Assembly (NCBI GenBank): GCA_038087875.1
Contig: CM075990.1
Location: 5,830,001 to 5,894,000, forward strand
Length of the DNA: 64,000 nucleotides
Source: Malacoraja senta
Lineage: Eukaryota
Direction: 5' to 3'
This document shows positions 37,498-50,643 of this stretch, one piece after another. The position numbers and the translations under genes were made by a program. Every line of letters begins with the position of its first letter. Position 1 is the stretch's first letter. The notes under the pieces were generated by a model. That model saw only the letters and a program-made list of their open reading frames with translations, did not search any database and was not told the DNA's origin.

Positions 37498-40449
37498 TAC
37501 ATAGATACATAGAATAGAAAATAGGTGCAGGAGTAGGCCATTCGGCCCTTCGAGCCTGCACCGCCATTCAATATGATCATGGCTGATCATCCAACTCAGT
37601 ATCCCGTACCTGCCTTCTCTCCATACCCCCTGATCCCCTTAGCCACAAGGGCCACATCTAACTCCCTCTTAAATATAGCCAATGAACTGGCCTCAACTAC
37701 CCTCTGTGGCAGAGAGTTCCAGAGATTCACCACTCTCTGTGTGAAAAAGTTTTTCCTCATCTCGGTCTTAAAGGATTTCCCCCTTATCCTTAAGCTGTGA
37801 CCCCTTGTCCTGGACTTCCCCAACATCGGGAACAATCTTCCTGCATCTAGCCTGTCCAACCCCATAAGAATTTTGTACGTTTCTATAAGATCCCCTCTCA
37901 ATCACCTAAATTCTAGCGAGTATAAGCCAAGTCTATCCAGTCTTTCTTCATATGAAAGTCCTGACATCCCAGGAATCAGTCTGGTGAACCTTCTCTGCAC
38001 TCCCTCTATGGCTATAATGTCCTTCCTCAGATTTGGAGACCAAAACTGTACGCAATACTCCAGGTGTGGTCTCACCAAGACCCTGTACAACTGCAGTAGA
38101 ACCTCCCTGCTCTTATACTCAAATCCTCTTGCTATGAAAGCCAACATACCATTTGCTTTCTTCACTGCCTGCTGCACCTGCATGCCTACTTTCAATGACT
38201 GGTGTACCATGACACCCAGGTCTCGCTGCATCTCCCCATTTCCTAATCGGCCACCATTTAGATAATAGTCTGCCTTCCTGTTTTTGCCACCAAAGTGGAT
38301 AACCTCACATTTATCCACATTATACTGCATCTGCCAAACATTTGCCCCCTCACCCAGCCTATCCAAGTCACCTTGCAGTCTCCTAGCATCCTCCTCACAG
38401 CTAACACTGCCCCCCAGCTTAGTGTCATCCGCAAACTTGGAGATGTTGCTTTCAATTCCCTCATCCAGCTCATTAATATAAATTGTAAAAAGCTGGGGTC
38501 CCAGCACTGAGCCTTGCGGTACCCCACTAGTCACTGCCTGCCATTGTGAAAAGGACCCGTTTACTCCTACTCTTTGCTTCCTGTTTGCCAGCCAGTTCTC
38601 TATCCACATCAATACTGAACCCCCAATACCATGTGATTTAAGTTTGTATCCTAATCTCTTATGTGGTACCTTTTCGAAAGCCTTCTGAAAGTCCAGATAC
38701 AACACATCCACTGGTTCTCCCCTATCCACTCTACTCGTTACATCCTCGAAAAATTCTATAAGATTCGTCAGACACGATTTACCTTTCGTAAATCCATGCT
38801 GACTTTGTCCAATGATTTCACCACTTTCCAAATGTGCTGCTATCCCATCTTTAATAACTGACTCTAGCAGTTTCCCCACTACCGATGTTGGACTAACTGG
38901 TCTGTAATTCCCCGTTTTCTCTCTCCCTCCCTTCTTAAAAAGTGGGATTACGTTTGCTACCCTCCAATCCTCAGGAACTACTCCAGAATCTAAAGAGTTT
39001 TGAAAAATTATCACTAATGCATCCACTATTTCTGGAGCTACTTCCTTAAGTACTCTGGGATGCAGCCTATCTGGCCCTGGTGATTTATCGGCCTTTAATC
39101 CATTCAATTTACCCAACACCACTTCCTGACTAACCTGGATTTCACTCAGTTCCTCCATCTCCTTTGACCCGCGGCCCCCTGCTATTTCCGGCAGATTATT
39201 TATGTCTTCCTTAGTGAAGACGGAACCAAAGTAGTTATTCAATTGGTCCGCCATATCCTTGTTCCCCATGATCAATTCACCTGTTTCTGACTGCAAGGGA
39301 CCTACATTTGTTTTAACTAATCTCTTTCTCTTCACATATCTATAAAAACTTTTGCAGTCAGTTTTTATGTTCCCTGCCAGTTTCCTTTCATAATCTATTT
39401 TCCCTTTCCTAATTAAGCCCTTTGTCCTCCTCTGCTGGTCTCTGAATTTCTCCCAGTCCTCTGGTATGCTGCTTTTTCTGGCTAATTTGTACGCATCATC
39501 TTTTGCTTTGATACTATCCCTGATTTCCCTTGTTATCCACGGATGCACTACCTTCCCTGATTTATTCTTTTGCCAAACTGGGATGAACAATTTTTGTAGT
39601 TCATCCATGCAGTCTTTAAATGCCTTCCATTGCATATCCACCGTCAACCCTTTTAGAACTAATTGCCAGTCAATCTTGGCCAATTCACGTCTCATACCCT
39701 CAAAGTTACCTTTCTTTAAGTTCAGAACCGTTGTTTCTGAATTAACAATGTCACTCTCCATCCTAATGAAGAACTCAACCATATTATGGTCACTCTTGCC
39801 CAAGGGGGCACGCACAACAAGACTGCTAACTAACCCTTCCTCATTACTCAATACCCAGTCTAGAATAGCCTGCTCTCTCGTTGGTTCCTCTACATGTTGG
39901 CTTAGATAACTATCCCGCATACATTCCAAGAAATCCTCTTCCTCAGCACCCCTGCCAATTTGATTCACCCAATCTATATGTAGATTGAAGTCACCCATTA
40001 TAACTGTTTTGCCTTTGTTGCACGCATTTCTAATTTCCTGTTTGATGCCATCCCCAATTTCACTACTACTGCTAGGTGGCCTGTACACAACACCCACCAG
40101 CGTTTTCTGTCCCTTAGTGTTTCGCAGCTCTACCCATACCGATTCCACATGCTCCAAGCTAATGTCCTTCCTTTCCACTGCGTTAATCTCCTCTCTAACC
40201 AGCAACGCTACCCCACCTCCTTTTCCTTTCTCTCTATCCCTCCTGAATATTGAATATCCCTAGATGTTCAGCTCCCAGCCTTGGTCACCCTGGAGCCATG
40301 TCTCCGTGATCCCAACTATATCATAATCATTAATTGCTATCTGCACGTTCAACTCATCCACCTTATTACGAATGCTCCTTGCATTGAGACACAAAGCCTT
40401 CAGGCTTGTTTTTACAACGCTCTTACCCCTTATACAATTATGTTGAAAA
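37498..40449 (-). mobile_element. CR1-clade LINE, essentially complete ORF2 (EN+RT), young copy A
   Basis: Frame open from ~40449 (LKALCLNARS, ITETWL, GDFN, SDH, YRPVS, YLDFQKAF, GVPQGSVLGP, KFADD) to 37596 with a single in-frame stop at 37902-37904; (CTATGTAT)n-type tail. Confidence 0.95.
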
Positions 40450-40860
40450 GTGCAGATTGGTGCAGATTGAAAAAATATTGGTGCAGATTGAAATTCCTCG
40501 TATGTTGCAAAACATACTTGGCTAATAAAGTAAGATTATGATAATGATTATGATGTGTTCAAAAAAGAGCTGCATTGTCTGGGCTGAGATGATGTATACA
40601 TGTGTACAATATGTGATGGTATGTGTTAAGGTAATGGTGATCTTATTGAACTTGTTTAGAATGATTTTTCTGAATTAGATAAATATTTCCCACATTTTCT
40701 CCCTAACCCTCCACCAAAGCATTGGCTCCAAATTGAATTTTCTTTTGTTGTCTTTCCCAGGAGATTATATTGTTGGTGCTGTATAGCACCTTTTTTGTTT
40801 GTTTCTGACACTTGCTTATAATGGGACTGTCTATTTGTGACTGGCTTGGTGAACCAATCT

Positions 40861-41700
40861 TGATTTGATTGATTGATTGATTTATTACTTGTCATTTGAA
40901 CCTCAAAGAGGCTCAAACGAAACTCCGTTTCCACAGCCATACAAACAAAACAATTCTTACACGACACACAAACAATTCAATTTACAGAAAAACATCCATC
41001 ACAGTGAATCTCCTCCTCACTGTGATGGAAGGTAAAGTCATTTCTCTCCCCTGCACCATTTTTCTCCCGATGTTGAAGCCCCAGGCGGGCAATGTTAAGT
41101 CCCACGGCCGTTGAGGCCACGCCGGGCGGTGTACGGCCTCGCTCCGGGCCCAAAAGTCACAAAGTTGGAGCCCCCGGCGGGCGCTGGAATATCCCGCCGC
41201 CATTAAAGCCACGCCGGGCGATTTACGGCCACGCTCCGGGTTGTTCCAACCCCGCGACACGGGCGGGAGAAGTTGCGTTGCGGGAGCTCCGGAAAGCGGT
41301 CTCTCACCCGGACCCGCGAGCTCCCGATGTCACAGTCCACGGGTCTGGAGCTCCGGAGTCGGGACGCAGCAGCGAGCCACCACCGCTCCCCCACGCTCCG
41401 AGGCCGGCCAGCCCCACGATGGCACGTCCGCAGCTCCGCAGGCTCCGCGACTGGAGCCCCCAGGTCGTCCCGGTCGGAGGCCGCTCCACGGAGCTAGGCC
41501 CCAACGACAACAGAGACCCGACAGGGAAAAGGTCGGGTCTCCCGTACAGGGAATAGATTTTTTTTAAAGTTTCCCCCGCCCCCCACATATACACAATTAA
41601 AACAGTACCAAAAAAATACAAACAACTACATTTAACTAGACAAAAATAAAATAAAAAGACAGACGGGCTGTAGGTGCCGCTGCAGTAATCCGCGCCGCCG
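40861..41700 (-). mobile_element. GC-rich non-autonomous retroposon, same architecture as 26388-26993
   Basis: (ATCA)n tail with gacaagtaataaa, hairpin at 40995-41029, CpG-rich core, shared gatttttt(t)aaa…cccccc…acata…agacagac block; possible CAATCT TSD. Confidence 0.6.
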
Positions 41701-41737
41701 CACAATCTGCCTTATCCCTTCCATTATTTTCATGTTC

Positions 41738-41970
41738 ATTAGTGATTGGAGCAGAATTAGGCTATTTGGCCCATCAAGTCTACTCCGCCATTCAATCATG
41801 GCTGATCTATCTCTCCCTCCTAACCCCATTCTCCTGCCTTTGCCCCATAACCCCTGACACCCGTACTAATCAAGATTCTATCTATCTCTGTCTTAAAAAT
41901 ATCCGTTGATTTGGCCTCCACAGCCTTCTGCGGCAATGAATTCCACAGGTTCGCCACCCTCTGACTAAAG
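41738..41970 (-). mobile_element. CR1 3' terminal fragment
   Basis: FSQRVANLWNSLPQKAVEA...RGYG.KAG on the minus strand. Confidence 0.8.
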
Positions 41971-42065
41971 ACCACAGATTCACCACCCTCTGTTGTCAGC
42001 ACTATGATTAGTATCATTCTAGATATCACAGACTTACATGTGCCATTTGTTTGACCTGATTGCAG

Positions 42066-42179
42066 TTTCGAAGCTTTGATCCCTGCAAGCAGTTATGGTG
42101 CAGCCATCCTGATAATCCTTACTTCTGTAAAACTAAAAAAGGCCCTCCACTAGATGGGACAGAATGTGCACCAGGAAAG
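42066..42179 (+). CDS. ADAMTS14: ADAMTS14 exon (~10), disintegrin-like [38 protein letters not shown]
   Basis: ttgcag|TTTCGA ... GGAAAG|gtaagc; 114 nt, phase 0-0. Confidence 0.95.
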
Positions 42180-42854
42180 GTAAGCCACCAAATCTACTGT
42201 CAACAAGAAATGGCGTGCTTTAAGATTGTTGTAAGTGCCGTTTGATGTTATTGTAGCAAGTTATCATGTTATTGTATTGAACAATCAAATTATTTGGCAA
42301 TCTTCCTATGCTTGAGGTGATTAATACTTATTAGCCCGTGTTTCTGTATGAAAAGCATGGAGATGAAGAGAAAGTTGGATTTATAAAAAGAAAATGGTAA
42401 ACTAGCTATTCACTTTGACCAATTGAAATAAGAAAGTCTATTGTCCTTTGTTTTGCTCTGGGCATGCTTGGAAGATATTTCTGTGTGAAATAGATTAGGA
42501 CAGGAACTGGGGCAGATTCCAGAAGCCCAAGGGCTTTGTGTCAAAGATGATTGCAAGTAAAGTTTTTGAGGTTAAGAATAAGCATTCTGGAAGTATTTTC
42601 CAATAAATTTATGTATGGCCTATCCAAAAGATACTGTTTGCCAGCCAAATGCAGGCTTCCAGTAAAGAGTTACAGCATAATGAGGCTCAGGGGAATGGCA
42701 AGACCTGGACACCACTGAAAAAGAAAATATTCTATTCAACAAAGCCCTCGACAAGAGCTCCAATATTTTGCTTTAAACAAATGCTGTACCAAATTCTTAA
42801 CTGTAGATAACCTACACCCTGTTCCCTGAATCCACTCTGTAATCTTTACTGGGC

Positions 42855-43370
42855 ACAACTACTGTGAGGTACAAGTACAATGAAAACTTTGCTTGCAGTA
42901 GCATCACAGGCATACAGACTCTACAAGACACAAACATATAAGAATCATACAAGACAATGAAAGGAAAAAGACTGCAAAAACAAAATGCTGCAAAAACACA
43001 ATTAGAAAACTAGTCAATGGTAGTGCAAGAGGTGGTCCACGATGTTCCAATACTGAGATGGGTTTAGGTTGTGCAGGTTGGTTCAAGATCCTGATGGTTG
43101 CAAGATAGTATCTGTTCCTGAACCTGGTGGTGTAGGACCTCGTGCTTCGATATCTCCTGCCAAATGGTACCAACGAAAAGAGGGCATGATCCAGATGGTG
43201 AGGATCCTTGCAGACAAATGTTACCACCTGGAGTCCACACCTCATTGATGCTTTCAATGGTGGAGAGGGCTGTGCCTGGGATGGATTGGACTGAGGCCAC
43301 TGCTCTCTTCGTCCTCCAACATGCCTGTGTATTGGAATTGTCTATACCAGGCCATGATGCAACTTGTAAA
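42855..43370 (-). mobile_element. Decayed Rex1-type LINE 3' fragment
   Basis: ORF 42904..43257 contains KDPHH..HALFSLVPFGRRYRS...TRFRNRY, the Rex1 C-terminal motif also seen at 22326..22643. Confidence 0.7.
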
Positions 43371-44450
43371 TTTGCCCAAGATATGATAAATTAGCAATGA
43401 TATCCCACCCCGCTATCCGACAACTAAATTTAAGACAATTGTCTGAACTACATAACACTCTACCAGGATCACTGATTGGATTTGATTTCCCCTCTGCCAT
43501 GAGATAACAGTAAATCCAAGATGGCGTCCAACCCAGGTGACTCTTTGTGTTCTAGTCATGCAATCGCTCCACTCTTATAAATTTCTACTGTGACAGCAAT
43601 ATTTCTTACTTTAACTATGCTGACGTTATTCCCTTTATCGTGTATCTGTACACTGTGGATTGTAATCATGTATTGTCTTTCCTCTGACTGGCAACAAAAG
43701 CTTTTCACTGTACCTCGGTACATGTGACAATAAACTAAACTCTAAAGTGATTTTGGGTGCTTAGTTCCAGAGTTTCTGTCTGAAATTCAACAATTCTCTT
43801 CACATAGTTCATTTATTCATTTAGTTCGTACATTTCTAGCATTTTAATTTTTACCCTTCATTAACATAAGAAAAAGAAGCAGGGGAGGTCTATTGGTCCC
43901 CTGTACCTACTTGACCATTCGATAAGATGATAGCAAATCTTTTAAACCAGGTAGTTTCAAGTTTCAACAAAGGCATCAGCGATTCCGTTTTTGGAGTTAC
44001 CAAGTATTTGATGAATCAAAGGCCATTTTATTAGATGCAAATAATAGTTTTACTTTGTATTCACTTCTCGGTTGGCTCCATATGAAGAGGGTTAATGAGA
44101 CCAAAGGCAGTTGGTCCAAATCATGGAGAACTATTTTCAATCTGATAAATGGATGACAAATTATTTATACTACAATTTGGGAGTAATTTATAATCTACAC
44201 CTATTTTAGTGACGGTGATATGTAGCCAGACAAAAATAGGAACAATGAGGTAATTCCCCTGGTGTGGTTTAAGGCTGTTTTCTGAGTAAATTTGTTTTGT
44301 ATAGATAGGAGTCATATCATCTCCTTCATCTCCATCTACTTGCCAATAAATATTCCATTTCTCAAATTGCATCCTGTTGCATTGCAATAGGGTTAATCCA
44401 AAATACTTATCAGCAAATTGTGAAGATGATTAACCATTTCTACTTTCCAG

Positions 44451-44599
44451 TGGTGTTTCAAAGGTCACTGTATTTGGAAGAGTTCAGATCAGTTGTACAG
44501 TCAGGATGGAAACTGGAGCCCCTGGACAAAGTTTGGAACATGCTCAAGGACTTGTGGTGGTGGAGTGCGCTTCCATAGTAGACAGTGCAGCAATCCTTT
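44451..44599 (+). CDS. ADAMTS14: ADAMTS14 exon (~11), [10 protein letters not shown]...[31 protein letters not shown] (first TSP1)
   Basis: ttccag|TGGTGT ... AATCCTTT|gtaagt; 149 nt, phase 0-2. Confidence 0.95.
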
Positions 44600-44682
44600 G
44601 TAAGTTTGTGACAGCTGACACACTTGATTGCACGTTTAGAACATAGCTCTTTCGCAGGCATGATTTACAATGTGGAAGTACC

Positions 44683-44973
44683 TCAGCAGCGGTAGAGTTG
44701 CTGCCTTACAGCTCTTAGACCTGTAAGACCCCGGCTCGATCCCGACTATGGTGCTGTCTGTACGGAGTTTGTACGTTCTCCTCGTGACCGTGTGGGTTTT
44801 CTCTGAGATCTTCGGTTTCCTCTCACATTCCAAAGATGTACAGGTTTGTAGGGTTATTTGGCTTGGTATAAATGTAAATTGTTCCTGGTGTGTGTAGGAT
44901 ATGGTTCATGTGTGGGAATCGCTGGTCGGTGTGGGCTAAAAGGCCTGTTTCCATGCTGTATCTCTAAACTAAA
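44683..44973 (+). mobile_element. tRNA-derived V-SINE (HE1-like)
   Basis: gcagcggtagagttgctgcc A-box-like, ggctcgatccc B-box-like, V core, ctaaactaaa tail. Confidence 0.8.
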
Positions 44974-45379
44974 TTATATTAAAGCATGCTTTTTGACTCT
45001 CTGTTAAGTGATAAATCCATACCACTCTGCAAATTTCTATTCGAGACATTTATTAAGATCATCTTCCTACACACTTAGCAAAATGATATTATTTTACCAC
45101 ATTTTTAAGTGCTCTCTGTTTCTTCTTATGCCTTAATGGATTTTGAAATTTAGTGACTGCGCTCACCAAGATCCCACATATTATCTCGGATGAAGCTGAT
45201 TCAGAGAGTTATGTTGGGGATCTAACATATCTCTGAATCAGCTCCCCATTCTTCTTACAATTCTTCTCAATAGCAATAATTTATTTGTCATTCGAACATA
45301 CATTTGAACGAAATGTCATTCCTCACGGGGCTAAGGTGCATAATGGTTGATATTGATGTAAGGTGCCAGTGCAGCGCGC

Positions 45380-45440
45380 ATGTGTGTGTGTTAGGTGAGG
45401 TGTGTGTGTGTTGGATGAGGTGTGTGTGTGCGTGAGGGGG
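45380..45440 (+). repeat. Short (GT)n-based tandem repeat
   Basis: gtgtgtgtgtt(a/g)g(g/a)tgag repeated about three times. Confidence 0.7.
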
Positions 45441-46616
45441 CAGCAGGGTGTAATAATCTAAACACACATAAGGCAATATGGTGGCCTCCATCTAGTACTG
45501 GGGCCAAAGGACAAATATATTATTTTACATGTGTGTTCACAGACTTCTTTGCAGCCAATGTACTGAAAAGTTTCTTGAATTCATTGTTTTCTGAATAAGG
45601 AAGGAGTGCTTTCGACTGAGATAATTTGGTTAGGCGTTATTGCTGATAAACAATAGGATATACTACTATTGATAAGGGAGTTTTTGAAAATAATAATACT
45701 TTTTCACCATAATTATAATACTGTCAAGAACCATAATAATAATTACATTGAATTTCAGAATTCACTAAATTTTCTACCAATATACATTTATTTGTACATC
45801 TTTTCCTAACAAGGATAAGGAGTTTATTTTTTGTCATTAATTTAAAAAGTAAAAAAAAAATTAAATGTAGCCGCAGTCAACATGCCTAATCACATGTTCT
45901 TTACCCTTTCCCTAAAGCACATCTAGCCTTTAAATCAACTGTTCTTACCGCTATAGGTCTTCCCCAACTGACGGCAGGTTCTGATCCAAAGAACTGTTTG
46001 TTATTTGAACAGTTTGCAAATTGGAAATGTTTCCATGAACGGAGTTACGACACTGCAAAAGATGTCTGTAGCCCTGCAGCAGCCAATAAATCCATCCAGC
46101 TGGTCTCCCAAGAGCTCGTTCATATTGTACATAAGTCAGGCATCCACACACTGGGGAGGGCACTGTCACTGAAGTACTGCCACATTTAATGCATTAGATA
46201 AAATGCTCGGGTATACGTATAAGGTAGGCACATGCAACGTGGCATCTCTCCTCCATGGATCCCACCAATCCATCATACATCTTCTTTGCCACGCTAAGTA
46301 GCCAGGTTGTTAACAGTACAGCATCAATTGTCAGTAATTGGAATATTACTGTGTTCTAACCCACTGAACTTTCAACATAGCTATCAAGAAAGCTTCACGA
46401 ACTATCGAGACTTATACCTTTTGTTCTAACAATTGCAAGATAAAATAAGAAACTGTGGATGGCTCGATTGTGATCATGTATTGTCTTTCTGCTGATTAAT
46501 TAGCATGCAACAAAAGCTTTTCACTGTACCTCGGTACATGCGACAATAAACGGAACTAAAAATCTTGAACTAAAGAATGTATATCCTGTCGCTGACTGCT
46601 GTTTACCATTCTGCAG

Positions 46617-46792
46617 CCCTGCCTATGGTGGCCGAGACTGCTTTGGCCCTGCTTATGAGTATAAGATCTGCAATTCTGACGATTGCCCCGGGCAGTTTGA
46701 AGATTTTCGGGCTCAGCAGTGTCAACAAAGAAACTCATATTATCTTCACCAAAACGTTAAACATACCTGGCTCCCTTATGAGCATCAAAATG
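46617..46792 (+). CDS. ADAMTS14: ADAMTS14 exon (~12), PAYGGRDCFGPAYEYKICNSDDCPGQFEDFRAQQCQQRNSYY...WLPYEHQN
   Basis: ctgcag|CCCTGCC ... AAATG|gtgagt; 176 nt, phase 2-1. Confidence 0.95.
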
Positions 46793-47028
46793 GTGAGTTG
46801 GTCCTTGACACTCTACTTAATAACTGTTTTCACAAATATTGAACACTGGATAATAACTGGTATATTGATGTTTGTGGATGAACTATGACTTTGTGGTGCT
46901 TGTGATGATCTGACGACTGCAATCATATCTGGCAAGTTCAAAGGCACATTGTACACTCTTTGGCCACAGTAAAGTAAGTGGTCAAAGAATCGAATAGTTC
47001 ACACAGCAACAGCCAGAATTGCTGCTTT

Positions 47029-47088
47029 AATAATAATAATAATAATGGATTGGATTTATATAGCGCCTTTCTAATACTCAAGGCTTTG
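47029..47088 (-). mobile_element. L2-type 3' tail remnant with (TTA)n
   Basis: (TAA)n followed by tttatatagcgccttt on the plus strand, the reverse complement of a typical L2/L2-SINE end. Confidence 0.5.
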
Positions 47089-47746
47089 ATATATGCTATA
47101 CAATAAGTAACTTGGGGAAAACACATTTCCATGAATCATACTGTAAAATATTAATGGTGTTGGTAAGGGTTCTGGGACCATTGTTAGTTATATGGTCTCA
47201 GGACAAATGCCCTCCACATTAATTTTTTTTTTGTTTTTGTCCACAGTTGTAAACAATTTGGACAAGTTATCCATCATGGCTCTTTCATTTCTCCTGTCCT
47301 ATTAAGTAAAACATAATTTCTCAGATACTGAGCAAGCAGCCCATTCTCAAGGCTTCCCCCGCTGTAGGTTGATGCATATGTTTCTGGCTGACCAACATTT
47401 TAACTTCCCAGGCTTCATCCCGTCCAGTGCATTATCTGAAATCATCATAAAGTTGAGGACTTTAATATGTGGCATCAACACTTCACTGTCGCCCCCTCAG
47501 ATCACCATTCTATACTCTCTGACCAGTATTGTTGCCATCATAGCTTCAAATTGCGTTCTTCCAAAATGATAAAAGGAAATATACTAATTGATATAAAAAA
47601 ATGTCTGGGAGTGAATTACGGATAAAACCAAACCTTTATGGTTTGGGTACTTCTAACCCTTTTGTGTTTTGTTTTCAGGGCTTATATTTCACCCTTTAGC
47701 CTGTATAAACTTCCACTATTTTTCTTTTCCTATCAACAAATGCTAG

Positions 47747-47880
47747 AGGCTCATAAATGTGAACTGATTTGCCAGTCCAAGGATACAGGAGAGGTGGTGT
47801 TCATGAATCAGGTTGTGCACGATGGTACACGCTGCAGTTACAAGGATCCCTTCAGTCTGTGTGCTCGAGGAGAATGTGTG
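47747..47880 (+). CDS. ADAMTS14: ADAMTS14 exon (~13), Cys-rich [44 protein letters not shown]
   Basis: tgctag|AGGCT ... TGTGTG|gtgggt; 134 nt, phase 1-0. Confidence 0.93.
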
Positions 47881-48242
47881 GTGGGTGCTTTTCCCTCTTC
47901 TTTTTTTCCTTAGCTCCTCTGATTCTGAACTCATCCACTAGCTTATAGAGTTCCCATTCTAAACTACCCCGACTTGAAATGATCCCTGAAATATAGCCAT
48001 GTCTTCAACCAAGCTTTTGATTACCATTCCTAACATCTTTATGTGGCTCATAATGGCACAATGTTTCGCTGTTTCAAAGGAATTGTGTACGTTTTTGATA
48101 TCATGTGTTTATGAAGTCAAGGATTCATCCGTATCATTTTATTTCTAATTTTAATGTTTATAATCTCGGTTGTCTGGTTTTTAATTCTGATCTTTTTTGG
48201 TAAGGGATGAAAATTAACAATGAAGCACGTTGTTTTTTGAAG

Positions 48243-48366
48243 CTTGTAGGCTGTGACAAAGAAGTAGCTTCTTTTAAGCAAGAAGATAAATGTGGTGTCT
48301 GTGCTGGTGATAATGCACATTGCCGAACTGTTAAAGGGACCATTGTCAAGACAACCAAACAAATCG
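48243..48366 (+). CDS. ADAMTS14: ADAMTS14 exon (~14), [41 protein letters not shown]
   Basis: ttttgaag|CTTGTA ... ATCG|gtaagt; 124 nt, phase 0-1. Confidence 0.93.
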
Positions 48367-48826
48367 GTAAGTTATTTACATGGTCATCATGTATAGTCCA
48401 GCAATGTAGCCTGTTTTAAGAAACTTCAATTCAATTATTTAAGTACATTCGTTATTTTCAATTAATATGTAGAGCCAATCTCTTTCCTGTGTTCCTTGCG
48501 TATTTACAGCACCACACAACTCTTAAACTAAAAATATTGAATTTGGAAATATGTGGAATTTGGAATCAGTATTTCCATTCATGCAAGATAAATCTTTAGC
48601 AACCCTGGAATTTGACAATGAACCTACAAACCCGCTCGTCTTTGGAATGTGGGAGGAAATAGTTAGAATTAGTTAATTGATACTGATCTATATCACAAAT
48701 TCAACATGTGCCAGACCACAGAGTTTTGACGTGTACCTGCAAGGAGACCTTGAGTTTCTCTTTGGCTAATGGCAGTGAATGCCATAGTTGCCTTTAACAT
48801 CATTAATCATACCTAATTAATCATCA

Positions 48827-49953
48827 GGTAGACAAAAATGTTGGAGAAACTCAGCAGGTGAGGCAGGATCTACGGAGAGAAGGAATAGGTGACTTTTCGG
48901 GGGCGGGAAAAAGAAAGGAAGAGGTGGAGACAGTAGGCTTGTGGGAGAGCTGGGAAGGGGAGGGGAAGGAGGGAGAAAGCAAGGACTACCTGAAGTTGGA
49001 GAAGCCAATGTTCATACTGGGGTGTAAACTACCCAAGCAAAATATGAGGTGCTATTCCTCCAATTTGTGCTGGGCGTCACTCTGGCAATGGCGGAGGCCC
49101 AGGACAAAAAGGTCTGATTCGGAATGGGAGGGAGAGTTGAAGTGCTGAGCCACCGGGGGATCAGGTTGGTTATTACGAACTGAGCGGTGGTGTTGGGCAA
49201 AGCGATCGCCAAGCCTACTCTTGGTCTCACCAATGTAGAGAAGTTGACACCTGGAACAGCGGATGCAATAGACGAGGTTGGAGGAAGTGCAAGTGAACCT
49301 CTGCCTCACCTGGAAAGACCGCTTGGGTCCTTGGATGGAGTCAAGGGGGGAGGTAAAGCAACAAGTGTAGCATTTCCTGCGGTTGCAAGGGAAAGTACCA
49401 GGGGAGGGGGTGGTTTGGGTGGGGAGGGACGAATTGACCAGGGAGTTACGGAGGGAAAGGTCTCTGCGGAAAGCAGAAAGGGGAGGAGATGGGAAGATGT
49501 GGCCAGTGGTGGGATCACGTTGGAGGTGGTGAAAAAGTCGGAGGATTATATGTTGTATGTGACGGCTGGTAGAGTGGAAGGTGAGGACAAGGGGGACTCT
49601 GTCCTTGTTAGGAGTAGGGGGGTGGGGAGTGAGAGTGGAGCTGCAGGACATAGAGGAGAACCTGGTGAGACCCTCATCTATAATAGAAGAGGGGAACCCC
49701 CGTTCCCTAAAGAATGAGGACATCTCCGATGCCCTGGTCGGGAACACCTCATTCTGGGTTCAGATGCGGCGTAAACGGAGGAATTGGGAGTAGGGGATGG
49801 AGTCCTTACAGGAAGCAGGGTGGGAAGAAGTGTAGTCCAGATAGCCATGGGAGTCAGTGGGTTTGTAGTAGATGTCGGTCAGTAGTCTGTTACCTGCGAT
49901 GGAGATGATGAGGTCTAGAAATGGTAGGGAGATGTCGGAAATGGTCCAGGTGA
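48827..49953 (-). mobile_element. Penelope-like retroelement, 5'-truncated (RT C-terminus, GIY-YIG endonuclease, pLTR)
   Basis: ORF 49052..49747 FTCTSSNLVYCIRCSRCQLLYIGET...R...H...VAQHFN (GIY-YIG with CxxC/H); 13 bp TSD TAATTAATCATCA at 48814-48826 and 49954-49966. Confidence 0.9.
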
Positions 49954-50060
49954 TAATTAATCATCAAATAGTTGGATACACAAGGAAACAAATAACAGAC
50001 ATTAAACGGTTTCATTTTGCATCTGACTTCCAAGTTAATCAAGCTGTATATATTGTCAGG

Positions 50061-50643
50061 ATGTACAGGGCCCTGATGAGACCACACCTGGAGTATTGTG
50101 TGCAGTTTTTGGTCTCCATATTTGAGGAAGGACATTCTTGCTATTGAGGAAGTGCAGCGTAGGTTCACAAGGTTAATTCCCAGGATGGGGGGACTGTTAT
50201 ATGTTGAAAGAATGGAGCGACTAGGCTTGTATACACTCGAAGGATGAGAGGGTATCTTATTGAAACATATAAGATTATTAAGGGATTGGACATGCTGGAG
50301 GCAGGAAACATGTTCCTGATGTTGGGGGAGTCCAGAACCAGGGGCCACAGATTATAAGGGGTAGGCCATTTGGAACGGAGATGATGGAAAACTTTTTCTC
50401 ACAGAGAGTTGTGAATCTGTGGAATTCTCTGTCTCAGAAGGCAGTGGAGGCCATTTATCTGGATGCTTTCAAGAAAGAGTTAGATAGAGCTCTGAAAGAT
50501 AGCGGTCGGGGGATATGGGGAGAAGTCAGGAACGGGGTACTGATTGTGGATGATCAGCCATGATCACAGTGAAGGACGGTGCTGGCTTGAAGGGCTGAAT
50601 GGCCTACTCCTGCACCTATTGTCTATTGTCTATCGTCTATTGT
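50061..50643 (+). mobile_element. 5'-truncated CR1 LINE 3' end
   Basis: RPHLEYCVQF and FFSQRVVNLWNSL; 3' UTR …ggcctactcctgcacctattgtctattgtc. Confidence 0.9.

Noticed and set aside
37573..40263. Plus-strand ORFs opposite CR1 ORF2 (also 53144-55816, 49187-49717)
   Set aside because: Antisense shadows of retroelement coding sequence, repeated only because the elements are repeated.
40982..41705. Overlapping 90-154 aa ORFs in the GC-rich element (also 26425-26926)
   Set aside because: Stop-codon scarcity in GC-rich sequence; ORFs occur in several frames on both strands with no recognisable motifs.
44683..44760. tRNA gene
   Set aside because: A/B-box-like motifs belong to the head of a V-SINE followed by its V-domain and LINE-like tail; no full cloverleaf.
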